Below the pieces are notes generated by a model, which ran no database searches, was not told the DNA's origin, and was given only the letters and a program-made list of their open reading frames with translations. Of a DNA stretch of 64,000 bases, positions 42,447 to 53,056 are shown piece by piece. Position 1 is the first letter of the stretch, and every line of letters begins with the position of its first letter. The translations under genes were made by a program, and so were the position numbers. The stretch is from Dehalococcoidia bacterium (GTDB lineage: Bacteria; Chloroflexota; Dehalococcoidia; Lucifugimonadales; UBA3495): NCBI GenBank assembly GCA_965237595.1, contig CBDEFY010000004.1:274213-338212 (forward strand), read 5' to 3'.

Positions 42447-42555
42447 GGTACCGCTTGCCCCACCGGACAGGGTGCGATAGGATTTTGACTCCCTCTCCAG
42501 CGCCAAACTTGGCGCAGGAGAAAGCAAATACTGATCGCGGAGCGGCTCTTCCCTT

Positions 42556-42864
42556 ATGCTGGAACACGATGGGATACGATGGGGCTACGTCTTCTTGAAG
42601 GCGTCGTCTTACCTGAACACCGAGGAATTCCATGAGCTGATGGTCCAGGCGGTGGAGATGTATCTGGCCGGGGAGGAACAGCGGAACGTAAAAGGGGCTG
42701 AATACGAGGGCCGGCTCTACACCGAGCAACGTTACGAACTCATCGGCACCATCGGCGGCCAACGGTTCGACGCCGACCTGGAAACCTCCCGCGGCCATGA
42801 CAGCGCCGCCTTTCTCGTTAACGAGCAGACCCAAGGAGCCGGGGCGGCCATATCATTGAACTAG
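42556..42864 (+). CDS. Hypothetical protein
   Basis: 102-aa ORF with host-like codon usage. Confidence 0.75.
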   Translation: MLEHDGIRWGYVFLKASSYLNTEEFHELMVQAVEMYLAGEEQRNVKGAEYEGRLYTEQRYELIGTIGGQRFDADLETSRGHDSAAFLVNEQTQGAGAAISLN

Positions 42865-42976
42865 GGCACCGGGGAACTAGCCGCCGCCCCGTTGACTCGC
42901 CAACCGGCCTAATCTACACTCCAGCCTCTTTCAGGTGCGCCCCATCTTATCCGGCTAAACGCCCCGCGAGGGAACC

Positions 42977-44092
42977 ATGACCAGCATCAACGATTTTCCA
43001 TTGGTCAAAGAGATAGGACGAGTACCGTCCTCCACCGTCCCCCTGAACTCCCAGGAAGAATCCCGGTTCCAGGGACTGGCCGAAGAAGTTGTCATGATTG
43101 ACGTGCACCAGCACCCCTTCGTGCTGCCGCAAGCCATGGACCGGTTCATCGACTTCCTCCGCACCAACCGCTACGCCTGGGGGTTCGAGGCGGTGAAGCA
43201 CGGCGGCTGGTCCACGGTGACCACCTCCAACGTGTTCGGCGCGTTGCAGAACGCTACCGAGATGTCTTTCGTGGAGTACGAAGACGTGGCGGCGGAAGTG
43301 GGCATGATGCTGGCCGACGTGGCGGCCCAGGAAGACGTGGTGCGGGTGGGCAACGCCGACGAGATTCTGGCGGCACGGCAGGCCGGCAAGGTCGGCTTCA
43401 TGCCAACGCTGGAGCACCTGCCCATCGGCAACCGCATCGAGCGCCTCGACCAACTCCACACCATGGGAGTGCGTCTCGCTGGCATCACCTACAACCGCAA
43501 GAACTACATCGGCGACGGCATGTACGAGCGCAACCCCGGTGGCCTGAGCGAATTCGGCATTGAAGTCATCCACCGGATGAACGACTTGGGCATGGTTGTC
43601 GACCTCTCCCACGCCTCCATCCCCACGGTGATGGACGTCATCGAGTTCTCCCGGGCGCCGGTGGTCTTCAGCCATAACGCCGCTTACACCCTGCGGCCCA
43701 ACCGTCGAACCCGGAAAGACGAGGAACTGAAGGCCTGCGCGGCCAAGGGAGGCCTGGTCTGCATCACCGCCGTGCCCAATTCCCTGAGCGACGACCCGGA
43801 ACAGGACATCGAGTGCGTCCTGGACCACTACGACTACATGGTGAACCTTATCGGCATCGACCACGTGGGAATCGGCACCGATACCGTCATCGGCGACCAC
43901 GTGATATTCCAGCATTTCATGTTGGGCCGGGAAATGAGCGAGATGCCGGCACCCTACCTGAGCGGCTTGGAATCCCCGGCCGACGGCAAGAACATCATCC
44001 GGGGTCTGATCCGCCGGGGCTATTCGGACACCGACGTCAAGAAGATTGTCGGCGGCAACGCCCTGGACCTGTTCCGCCGGGTCATGGCGTAG
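42977..44092 (+). CDS. Membrane dipeptidase (peptidase M19)
   Basis: IDVH, GLSEFG, VDLSH, FSH, HVGIGTD, GGNAL. Confidence 0.93.
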   Translation: MTSINDFPLVKEIGRVPSSTVPLNSQEESRFQGLAEEVVMIDVHQHPFVLPQAMDRFIDFLRTNRYAWGFEAVKHGGWSTVTTSNVFGALQNATEMSFVEYEDVAAEVGMMLADVAAQEDVVRVGNADEILAARQAGKVGFMPTLEHLPIGNRIERLDQLHTMGVRLAGITYNRKNYIGDGMYERNPGGLSEFGIEVIHRMNDLGMVVDLSHASIPTVMDVIEFSRAPVVFSHNAAYTLRPNRRTRKDEELKACAAKGGLVCITAVPNSLSDDPEQDIECVLDHYDYMVNLIGIDHVGIGTDTVIGDHVIFQHFMLGREMSEMPAPYLSGLESPADGKNIIRGLIRRGYSDTDVKKIVGGNALDLFRRVMA

Positions 44093-44120
44093 CCGGGTTT
44101 TGGTCTAGGAGAAAGAGGAC

Positions 44121-44957
44121 ATGACCACCACCGACGCCGGCCCAGGCACTGAATCCCACCACATCGATCTCCAGCGCTACGGCGATATTGCGGTGATAAC
44201 GCTGCAACGGCCAGACCGATTGAACGCCCTCAACCGGCAGATGGCCCAGGAGTTGCACGATGTATTTGACCAACTGGCCGCAGAGTTTCCAGACACCCGG
44301 GCAGTTGTCATTACCGGCGCGGGCCGGGGGTTCTGCTCCGGGGCCGACGTGGGCGACCTCGCCAAGCGGATGGCCGATACCATTGATGGAGACTCGAGTC
44401 CTTCCACCAGCACAGACCAAGGCCCGTCCATCACCATGCGCTTGGCGCCCCACCTGCGTGAGATTCCCCAGCCGGTGATCGCGGCAGTGAACGGGGTGGC
44501 CGCCGGAGCGGGACTGGGCATCGCCCTGTCCTGTGACATCAGAATAGCCTCGGATGAGGCTCGGTTCACATCGGTGTTCGTTAAAAGGTCACTGATGCCC
44601 GACGCCGGTGTTTCCCAGATCCTTGGGGCCCTAGCCGGACCCGGCATCGCCGCCGAGATGGCCCTCACCGGCAGGGTATACGACGCCCAGTGGGCGCTGG
44701 CCAAAGGGTTGGTTAACCAGGTCGTCCCCGCGGGCGAACCTATATCCCATGCCGAGTCCTTGGCTCAAGAGATAGCCGCCAACCCGCCGCTGGCGGTGAA
44801 GGCAACCAAGGAATTACTCAACAGCCACTACCCAGACCTGAACCAAGTGATCCAGGCCGAGCACCGAGCCAACGACGCGGTCCGCGGCACCGCCGACCAG
44901 AAGGAAGCAGTGCAGGCCTTTTTGGAGAAAGGGCAGCCGAAGTTCACCGGCAGCTAA
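44121..44957 (+). CDS. Enoyl-CoA hydratase/isomerase family
   Basis: RPDRLNAL, FCSGAD, PVIAAVNGVAAGAG, DIRIAS. Confidence 0.95.
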   Translation: MTTTDAGPGTESHHIDLQRYGDIAVITLQRPDRLNALNRQMAQELHDVFDQLAAEFPDTRAVVITGAGRGFCSGADVGDLAKRMADTIDGDSSPSTSTDQGPSITMRLAPHLREIPQPVIAAVNGVAAGAGLGIALSCDIRIASDEARFTSVFVKRSLMPDAGVSQILGALAGPGIAAEMALTGRVYDAQWALAKGLVNQVVPAGEPISHAESLAQEIAANPPLAVKATKELLNSHYPDLNQVIQAEHRANDAVRGTADQKEAVQAFLEKGQPKFTGS

Positions 44958-45083
44958 GCCGTCCATCCAAAAGCCGGGCGTCTGCGTATTCAATGTCGTG
45001 TACAGCTCGATTCCGGCTTACTCTGAAAAGTACGCTTATGCTATCCTGGCCAGACAACCCCAATATTTGAGTGAGGGACCAGA

Positions 45084-45521
45084 TTGAACTGCCCACGCTG
45101 CGATGTCGCTCTGAACGAAAAATCCCTTAAAGGGATCGAGATTGACCACTGTCCCGAATGCAGGGGCCTTTGGCTGGACTTTCACGAGTTGGACCAACTA
45201 GAAGACCACGCCATGGATGAGGACAACAGCAAGGGGATGATTGAGTACGCGAGGCGGGAGAGCGACATCTCCTGCCCCCATTGCAACGAGGTCATGGAGA
45301 CCTTCAACTACCGGGCCCACGACCTGCCCATCGACCACTGCAAGAACCAATGCGGTTATTGGCTGGACGAGGGGGAAGAGAAGAAGGTTCTGGAGGTCAT
45401 GAAGCAGCGCGTCCAGGGCCTGAAGCGCTCCGGCTCTGCCGAGGAGTCGTGGGCCAAGTTCATGGAAAGCGGCGGGTCCCGCTCCTTCCTAACCAAGGTC
45501 AAGGACCTGTTTACGGGCTAA
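45084..45521 (+). CDS. Double zf-TFIIB domain protein
   Basis: CPRC...IDHCPECRGLWLD and CPHC...IDHC..CGYWLD. Confidence 0.9.
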   Translation: MNCPRCDVALNEKSLKGIEIDHCPECRGLWLDFHELDQLEDHAMDEDNSKGMIEYARRESDISCPHCNEVMETFNYRAHDLPIDHCKNQCGYWLDEGEEKKVLEVMKQRVQGLKRSGSAEESWAKFMESGGSRSFLTKVKDLFTG

Positions 45522-45546
45522 TCCCAGGAACATGACTTCCACCTTG

Positions 45547-45832
45547 TCATTCTGAAGCGGGAGCCGAAGAATCTCTTTGTCGCTGGACTAACTTTCCCCA
45601 GTAGAAACGAGACCTTCGCGCGCTCACGGCGCTATCAAGGTGACATTAGCGGGTATTGCTACTATTCCCAAAGGCAGAGGGCACCACAGCGTCACATCCG
45701 TCTACGGTCAACCTCACTCCAACTCCACCATGAACAGCGCCAGTGAGGCGTAAGCGCGCGAAGGGCCTCGTTGTTCCTGATCAGGGCTAATTCTAAGCAA
45801 CGAAATTCTTCGGTTGAAGCCTCAGAATGTAA
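45547..45832. repeat. Cluster of REP-like palindromes between convergent genes
   Basis: GTCATTCTGAAGCG..CGAAGAATCT and inverted ATTCTTCG..CTCAGAATG; GTCAC/GTGAC-tagged partners. Confidence 0.55.
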
Positions 45833-45855
45833 TGTGTTGGAAGAGCGGTACGAGC

Positions 45856-46473
45856 CTATTTATAGGGAGTATCCCAACGGTCGATGCTGCAGACCTCTTC
45901 CAAGGGCTTACGTGTGACCGAGCCGAACTCGCCGCGTGGGTACCCCAGGGGCATGCAGTACACGATTTCGGCGGTTTCGGGGATGTTAAGCAGCTTGTGT
46001 ACTCGCTCGTCGGTTACGGCGTGCAGGGTGGTGATGGTGCCGCCGATGCCGTGGGCCCTGGCCGCCAGCAACAAGTTCTGAGCCGATGGGATGATTCCGG
46101 CGGCACCACCCTTGGAGAGTGCGCAGATGAGGACCATCACGGGCGCGTCGCCGAATTCATTGGCCAGCCGCATGGCCGACCGCATTGTACTCTTGCCCGG
46201 TGGGATGTCCTCGGGCCCCATGATCCCAGCGCCCTTCCGCTTGGCCCACCAAGCCTCGTGATACAGTTCGCCCAGTTTCTTCCGGGTCTCATCGTCCTTC
46301 ACCACGATGAAGTGCCACTGCTGTGTATTGCCGCTGTTGGGGGCGCGGATGGCCGCCTCCATGATGTCCCGCATCACGTCGTCGGGGATGGGGTCAGGTT
46401 TTAGCCTGCGCATGGCCCGCTGGGTGAACATCGCTTCGCCAAGAGACATGGTCAACCGGTCGGCGGTGGTCAT
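45856..46473 (-). CDS. Nitroreductase family protein
   Basis: QRAMRRLKPDP, APNSGNTQQWHF, QNLLLAARAHGIG, LGYP. Confidence 0.93.
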   Translation of the reverse strand: MTTADRLTMSLGEAMFTQRAMRRLKPDPIPDDVMRDIMEAAIRAPNSGNTQQWHFIVVKDDETRKKLGELYHEAWWAKRKGAGIMGPEDIPPGKSTMRSAMRLANEFGDAPVMVLICALSKGGAAGIIPSAQNLLLAARAHGIGGTITTLHAVTDERVHKLLNIPETAEIVYCMPLGYPRGEFGSVTRKPLEEVCSIDRWDTPYK

Positions 46474-46503
46474 CTTTCGTTCTCCAATATCATTTTCTGA
46501 ATC

Positions 46504-47262
46504 TTATACAACGCTGCTGGAGCTCCTACGCAAATCGACCCGGGGCTCGGCCAGAAGACGGCCGTATCCGTACACCGGTTCGGTCTCTCCGGCCTGACTC
46601 AGGACACTCCAAAGGGTGGCCGAATGTGAGGTGACCACCGGCTTTCCAATCTCGTCTTCCAAAGCTTGGGCGGCGGCCATACCGTCGTAGTTCATACAGC
46701 TGATGAACAGGCCGTCGGCTTCATCGGCGTAGTCCCTCCAGGCGTTCAGGAAAAACTCGTAAATCTCATCGGGCGGCACAGACGCAAAACCCTCGGCGGT
46801 CTCCAGACCCATCCCCTGCATCGTTAGGGCCTCGATACCGGCTTCCTTCAGATAGGCGCGCTCGGCGTCATGATGGCTGTCGGGATAGGGGGTCGACACC
46901 ACGATCCTCTTCAAGCCAAGGTGCTGCAATGCCTCGGTAACTGCCAGCATGGTCGACGTGATGGGCGTGCCCCACTGGGCCCGGCAGAACTGGCGGTCTT
47001 TCTCCATCCCGCGCAGCGCGCCGCTAACGGTGCAGCAGTAGGCCACCGAATCGACTTTGGCGCTGGCCAGTTCGCCCACCGCGCGGACGGCATGGCCCTC
47101 CATCTCAATCAGGGCGTCGATGCTCTCACCCTCGGCCAGCATCATGCGGCTGGTGAAGAAACCCACCCCCGGAGGCGCAACCTTGGGGTACCTCAACTCG
47201 GAGATTGTCGATGCGCTGACCACCACCAGTCCAATCTTGGTCCGCAGGTCCAGCTTGTCCAT
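46504..47262 (-). CDS. Maleate cis-trans isomerase / Asp-Glu racemase family
   Basis: YCCT, VSTPY, FISCMN, GKPVVTS. Confidence 0.9.
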   Translation of the reverse strand: MDKLDLRTKIGLVVVSASTISELRYPKVAPPGVGFFTSRMMLAEGESIDALIEMEGHAVRAVGELASAKVDSVAYCCTVSGALRGMEKDRQFCRAQWGTPITSTMLAVTEALQHLGLKRIVVSTPYPDSHHDAERAYLKEAGIEALTMQGMGLETAEGFASVPPDEIYEFFLNAWRDYADEADGLFISCMNYDGMAAAQALEDEIGKPVVTSHSATLWSVLSQAGETEPVYGYGRLLAEPRVDLRRSSSSVV

Positions 47263-47485
47263 CTGCCCTTCTCCCAGCCTAGGATTGATTGGAAGATTGC
47301 CGTCACGATAACCCTTGTGTTTCGGTTGCCAATTCTATCACAGCGCCAGGCTGGAAATGGCAGCCCTTGATATCGGGGCAAGCGGGAAACAAACTATGAG
47401 GTCCGTCGGCCAATGGCCGAGGCGCTGAGTTGCTATAATGTGGCCCATCTCTACCGTGGGTGGCGTTAGCCCCTGATGAGGACCC

Positions 47486-48622
47486 GTGGCGAGCTTCCCG
47501 TTGGACGCAGGACAAGCCTATCAACATTTGGGCGTTAGACCCATCATCAATGCCGCCGGTTCCGTCACCAAATACGGCGGCACCAGGACCCGGCCCGAGG
47601 TCCTGGAGGTGATGGCCGGGGCCGCCCGAATCATGGTCAATGTGGAAGATTTAAACCGGAAGGCCGGCGAAGAGGTCGCCCGGCTGACCGGGGCGGAGGC
47701 AGGGTTCGTTTGCAGCGGCGCGGCGGGCGGCTTGGTGCTTCAGGCTGCGGCCTGCATCGCTGGCAAAGACCCGGTCAAGATGCGGCGACTGCCCGACACC
47801 ACGGGCATGCCGGACGAGATAATCATCCAGAACATGCACCGTTTTCCGTACGAGCAGGCCTACCGGGCCGCCGGCGGCAAGTTGGTGGAGATTGGCGATT
47901 CCAGATACACCCATCCTTGGGAATTGGAAGGGGCCATCGGAGAAAACACGGCGGCGGTGGCTTTCCTCTGCGCTCCCTTGACCAATCGGCGGGCCCTATC
48001 CCTTCCCCAGGTATGCGAGATCGCCCACAATCGCGGCGTGCCAGTAATCGTTGACGCCGCCTCGATGCTCCCGCCCAGGGAGAACTTGAGGCGATATCTG
48101 GCCGATGGCGCCGACATGGTTGCCTTCAGCGGTGGAAAGGGCGTGCGCGGACCCCAGGGCACGGGCCTCCTCTGCGGGCGGGCCGACCTGATTGAAGCGG
48201 CCGCTGCCCACGCCAACCCGGCCCAGTTCTTGGGACGGCCCATGAAGGTGGCCAAGGAGGAAGTGGTGGGACTGGTGACCGCCCTGAACCTGTTCGTCGA
48301 GGAGGACGAAGAAGCCGAGATGCGGGCCTACCGGACCCTGGCCCAACGGGTGGTGGACGCCCTTAGCGAGGTCCCCGGCCTAAAAATCACCCTGGAACAT
48401 GACGAGCACGACTACCTAATCCCCCACGCCCTCATGCGCTTCGGCCGGGACTGGCGCGGGCCCAGCAGAGATGAGATTGCCAAGGCCTTGGAAGAGGGCG
48501 AGCCCGCCATCTACCTGCACCAGTTGGGCCAGCCCGACGAATTGGCGGTGGACCCGTTGAACCTGACCGAAGATGAGACCGAAACCGTGGTGCGGCGTCT
48601 GCGGGAAGAACTGACCCGCTAG
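47486..48622 (+). CDS. SelA-like PLP-dependent enzyme (DgaE-related)
   Basis: PIINAAG, VIVDAA, FSGGKGVRGPQ, RPMKVAKEE. Confidence 0.9.
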   Translation: MASFPLDAGQAYQHLGVRPIINAAGSVTKYGGTRTRPEVLEVMAGAARIMVNVEDLNRKAGEEVARLTGAEAGFVCSGAAGGLVLQAAACIAGKDPVKMRRLPDTTGMPDEIIIQNMHRFPYEQAYRAAGGKLVEIGDSRYTHPWELEGAIGENTAAVAFLCAPLTNRRALSLPQVCEIAHNRGVPVIVDAASMLPPRENLRRYLADGADMVAFSGGKGVRGPQGTGLLCGRADLIEAAAAHANPAQFLGRPMKVAKEEVVGLVTALNLFVEEDEEAEMRAYRTLAQRVVDALSEVPGLKITLEHDEHDYLIPHALMRFGRDWRGPSRDEIAKALEEGEPAIYLHQLGQPDELAVDPLNLTEDETETVVRRLREELTR

Positions 48623-48691
48623 CACCAAGCGCCCCCATCTCCGACTTCGCCGGACCTGACCTTCCCCCTTGCGAGGAGGAAGGGACAAATT

Positions 48692-48990
48692 CATGAGTCA
48701 TCCCGGAGTTTGCCAGGGATGACAAATCCAGGCACATTGACAGTACGCGGGCGGCGATTTGCCATTGAATAACGGCAGCGCCGCCTTCGTCTTTCCGGCG
48801 AAAGCCGGAATACAGTTACCCCGTGCCAAGCCGCCTTTGTGCCGCCGTACGCATTGCATCTGATTAGGGCCAGAGCGCCGTTTTCCCTGTCCTCGAGGCG
48901 GTAACTACAAGGTAGCCGCTCTGGGTTCCGGCCTGCGCCGGCGTTGGCGCCCAGGTGTGTTTGTTCGAGTAAACTCCGGGATGACTCATG
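48692..48990. mobile_element. MITE-like 299-bp element containing a REP-like pair
   Basis: Perfect 20-bp IRs CATGAGTCATCCCGGAGTTT; internal TTCCGGCGAAAGCCGGAA and TTCCGGCCTGCGCCGG; no ORF. Confidence 0.7.
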
Positions 48991-49071
48991 TTAGAGTGAG
49001 GGTGAAATCGTCGTCCGAAATCGGCTACGTTAGGCTAAGGAGAAGGAAATGGCCATCAAGATCGACTTAAG

Positions 49072-49477
49072 AGCAAATAATCTGGGCCAAGGCCCGTGGG
49101 GTGCTGACTCATAGCCATTATCTGTGGGCCCACGAGCCATGTTTCTACGGCTGGGTTGAAGGCCACCAACCCTCTAAGAAGCCCCCGGCTAGCGAGAGGA
49201 CCATCTGGCAGCTGGACCAGCAGGGTTCCAGCATGAACATCCATCCTACCCAGAAACCGTTGGAACTCTTCTTGCGGCCGATCGAGTACCACACCGAGGT
49301 TGGAGACCTCTGCTATGAGCCCTTCTTGGGCAGCGGCACTCAGCTGATCGCGGCGGAAAAGCTTGGTCGGGTCTGCTATGCGTTGGAACGGGAGCCTCAG
49401 TACGTTGATGTGGCGGTCAAGCGGTGGGAGTCATTCACCGGAGAGCAGGCCGTGAAGGAGAACCAATGGCAACAAAC
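49072..49477 (+). pseudogene. Phage-type DNA methyltransferase C-terminal fragment (extra cargo)
   Basis: QIIWAK...HEPCFYGW...HPTQKPLEL...YEPFLGSGTQLIAAE. Confidence 0.85.
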
Positions 49478-50413
49478 CCTTTATCCTCTATTTCTTTGCC
49501 ACCTGGTGACCCCACTGCCGCGCCGAGTTACGGACGCTGCATGAGTTGACAAGCCAGTTCGGTGACGTGGCAGTTGTGGCTGTGGGCACCGACCCCAACG
49601 AGGGGTTGGAGAAGATCAGATCATATAGAGATTCGCAAGGGTATACCTTCCCAATGGCCGTGACCGCCTCGGATACCATCCGTTCCTACCGAGTAACAAG
49701 CCAGTCAACGAAAATCGCCATAGATAGAAACGGAGTCGTCCGAGTACGGTCCGGCTTCGGTACCCAGGGCAAGGGGTGGTGGCGGGACTTGTTCACGAAG
49801 CTGAATCAGGACTCCAGCTAGACCCCAGGGGGCTACGCTTCTAGGGATACCTGGATGTTGCGCCGAGGTGGGTGGGGTTGCGTTCAGTACAAGGACCGCT
49901 CATGGAAGAGTGGCAGATTAGTCTGGCCCGATCTGTCGCCGGGGCAGGTGGACACGAGAACCCGACATTCCACGTCGGCGGTGTGACTGACCTTCCCTTC
50001 GAAGATGACTCCTTCGATGCAGCCCACTGCCATGCCGTTCTCATGCACGTTCTGGATACACAGGCTGTACTGGCCGAGGTGAAGAGGATCTTGAAACCTG
50101 GCGGCATCATCTCCAGTCGTGAAATGACTGTCGCATACTCGTTCCTGGAACCCCTCTTAGCCTGAATTTCCCAGATCAACCTGATTTCCCTGAACCGGTG
50201 TCATCCTGTGCGGCGGGAACTATAGTACGGTATCCTGAGCGCGTCAACTGCGCTCCGATTCACTCAATTGCTCCACTCTCATAGGATATCCATCGTCCTA
50301 ACGAGCGTAGAAATTCCAAATCCTCTGCCCTTGCCCAAGCGTCTCCCTCGTGGCGGCCCATTTACTCTTGACGACCCCATAACTGTCCTAAATACCGGTG
50401 CTCTCAAAGCAAG

Positions 50414-51745
50414 CTAGCCAGGTGCCAGCCGAAGCCGGCTGATCCGTTCTAGTATCCCGGTGAGCATTTCCCTGGTCACCAGCACCTCGGCAAGCTGAAA
50501 CACCATCCTCCTGGCATGGCGTACCAGTCGCCCACCCGTCTTGATCAGCCTAGTCTGAAGACTGGTCAGAGTCCAATGCTTCATATCCTCCGGCAAAGCC
50601 AACCTTCTCATGAAGTTTCCCAGATTGTACGCCAGAACGAACAGCCATAGCCTCGCCTGGTTGGCCACGAACTTGTGACAGGACAGTCTGGTCCAGTTCA
50701 GGGCGTACTTGCCCTCCTTGATCCACTGCTCCGCTGTGCCACGGCCATTGTAAAAGCGGACTATGCCTTTGGGTGGATAGCTCAGGTTGGTCACGATGAA
50801 GCCTACCCTGGGAAATAACTCCCCCTGATGCCACTCCACCTTGGCTACTACTCGCCGGGAAATACTCCAGCTCTGGGCCTGGTAAGTGAAGTCGTAGTAG
50901 GAGACGATCGGCCTCCTGGAAGACCAGTCGGCAGGTCGTACCAGCAGGTGCGCGATTTCTCTCTGAAGTACCGCGTTAGCTGAAAGCCGGATGGCGTACC
51001 CAATCATCTCTTGTTCCAAGTACTCGTACACCTCTGGCTTGCCAAAGGCGGCATCACCCCGGAACAACAGCCGCCGTCCCTTCCTCTGGTATCTTTTCAC
51101 CACCGGCTCAAGGAGTTCCTGCCAGCCCTCGGCGCTATGGACGTTGCCGGGGCGTAGCGTCGCTCCTTCACAATCGCCGAACTGGTTGAATAGAAAGAGG
51201 GGATGATAGCAGACACACTCGAAGTGCCCATTGTAGGCGGCACCCTCCTGATGGCCATGCACTGGACTCTCCGAGCTGTCCATGTCCAGAATCACTCGCT
51301 GGTGTGGAGTATGGGCCATAGCATCTTCCACCCATTGGGGATTCATTCGTGCCAGCCCCTGCAGGTTGTCCTGTTGGGTCAGAGTTTCAGTTTCAAAGCG
51401 GCTCACGGTGTTGGTGCTGGCGGCGTTCCGGTCTGATCCTTGCCAGCCCACGACGACTCTCATGGCTGGGTCTTGGGAAAGGCGTTCGGCATCATTGGTG
51501 TCATCGTAGCCGGCCAAGCGGCTGTAGATGGACTGTCTGAGCAGCGGGACGAGGTGGTGTCGGATGTTGCGACCGGAGCGGCTTTCCTGGAGATAGTCGG
51601 CAGCAATATGGGTAAGGCCCAGGGCATCATCCAGCTCTCGAATGGGCAAGAGTCCGGCATCGGAAGTGATGGTGGCACCGTGAAACTCCAGACGGACTTT
51701 GGGGTTGAACTGGAGCCGGAGAGGGGTTTTGTCGCCGTCACCCAT
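50414..51745 (-). CDS. IS1380-family transposase
   Basis: Same 443-aa protein as 32509-33840. Confidence 0.95.
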   Translation of the reverse strand: MGDGDKTPLRLQFNPKVRLEFHGATITSDAGLLPIRELDDALGLTHIAADYLQESRSGRNIRHHLVPLLRQSIYSRLAGYDDTNDAERLSQDPAMRVVVGWQGSDRNAASTNTVSRFETETLTQQDNLQGLARMNPQWVEDAMAHTPHQRVILDMDSSESPVHGHQEGAAYNGHFECVCYHPLFLFNQFGDCEGATLRPGNVHSAEGWQELLEPVVKRYQRKGRRLLFRGDAAFGKPEVYEYLEQEMIGYAIRLSANAVLQREIAHLLVRPADWSSRRPIVSYYDFTYQAQSWSISRRVVAKVEWHQGELFPRVGFIVTNLSYPPKGIVRFYNGRGTAEQWIKEGKYALNWTRLSCHKFVANQARLWLFVLAYNLGNFMRRLALPEDMKHWTLTSLQTRLIKTGGRLVRHARRMVFQLAEVLVTREMLTGILERISRLRLAPG

Positions 51746-53056
51746 CAGGTGCCTCCGGGGTTGTTACGCTATCTGAAGAATCTTACTATTCTAATGAATG
51801 TATTATAGCCGAGATGTTGGTGAAAAGTTCATGAGACGACTACAAAAGCAAGAACGTTGCCTATATACCGCATCACACTGTTATCCTAACTGGGAAATAT
51901 GGGTTAAGAGTTCCCCCCTGCAAACCCGTTCCGGAGATCACAGCCTTTGTGAGAGAGTGCGAGGACGCTGGCTTCGACGGCGTGGGCATGTTGGACTCCC
52001 AGATGCTGGAGCGGGACGTATTCGTCTCCATGGCCCATGCTTTGCTTAACACCTCCACCATCCGGGTGGCCTCGGCAGTAACCAACCCGGTGACCCGGCA
52101 TCCGTCGGTGCTGGCCTCGGCGGCCCAGACCGTCTCCGAGATTGCGCCGGGCCGGGCCCAGATCTGGATCGGGCGGGGTTATAGCTCCGCCAACGTCATT
52201 GGCATTCCTCCGGCCACCGTGCGCCAGATGCGGGACTCGGTCATCATGATGAAAGAACTCATGGCTGGGAGCCAGGTCGATTTCGGTAGCGCTTCGAGCC
52301 GCATGCGCCACGGAGGCGGCGTCACGACCCCGGTCTACATCGCGGCCACCGGCCCCAGGGTCATGAAGGTGGCCGGTGAGGTGGCCGACGGCGCAGTCTT
52401 GATGACCGGCATCCACCCGAATGCCGTGGCGGAAGCACGGGAGTTGATTGCCGACGGGGCCAAGTCCGCCGGGCGGGACCCCAACGACATAGAGGCCATC
52501 TTCACGTGCACGACCATCATCCGAAACAACCTGAAGGAAGCAAGGGAGGTCGCCCGGCCCCTGGCGGTCCAGAGACTGATGGAGTCCACCTATGTGCGGT
52601 GGCTGAAGGCCGCCGGCCTGGACTTCAGTGACTTGGAACTGCCCCGGGGACTCTGGGACCTCTACCCCGACGTCCCCCACGCGGAGGACTGGGAGAAGGC
52701 CAAGGAGCTGTGCGCATTCCTGCCCGACGACGCGCTGGCCCAGCTCTGCGACACCATGGGCCTGATTGGCTCGCCGGAGTATTGCGCCGAACGCATCCAG
52801 CAGGCGGAGAAGGCGGGATTGGAGCACCTCTACCTGATGACCGACCAGACCTACGAGTTCGCTACCGGCGAATTGAAGGCCTTCAAAGACAAGATATTTC
52901 CGGCGCTATGCCGGACCGAGCAGCCGGCGTAGGGTCAAACGGGGTTTCGTGGCCTAAGCAAGGGGTACCTGTTGATTCGGCAGGGCCGACCCTCTGAAAA
53001 AGCAGATTTACTCAGAGTCGGCAGCGGCGGCAAAGTTAGCATGAGAGCATTACTCG

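Larger units (their letters stand above)
49072..51903 (-). mobile_element. IS1380 copy C (50161-51903) plus 1089-bp cargo transposition unit
   Basis: TSD TTAAG (49067-49071, 51904-51908); 49478-51903 is the inverted copy of 32351-34776. Confidence 0.92.
49049..52932 (+). pseudogene. LLM-class flavin-dependent oxidoreductase interrupted at codon 7-8
   Basis: RBS plus MAIKIDLR (49049) joins in frame to VPPCKP...EDAGFDG...TNPVTRHP...PVYIAATGP after removing 49072-51908. Confidence 0.9.

Noticed and set aside
47486-48622. True selenocysteine synthase selA
   Set aside because: Shorter SelA-like/DgaE-type sequence with no selB or selC nearby.
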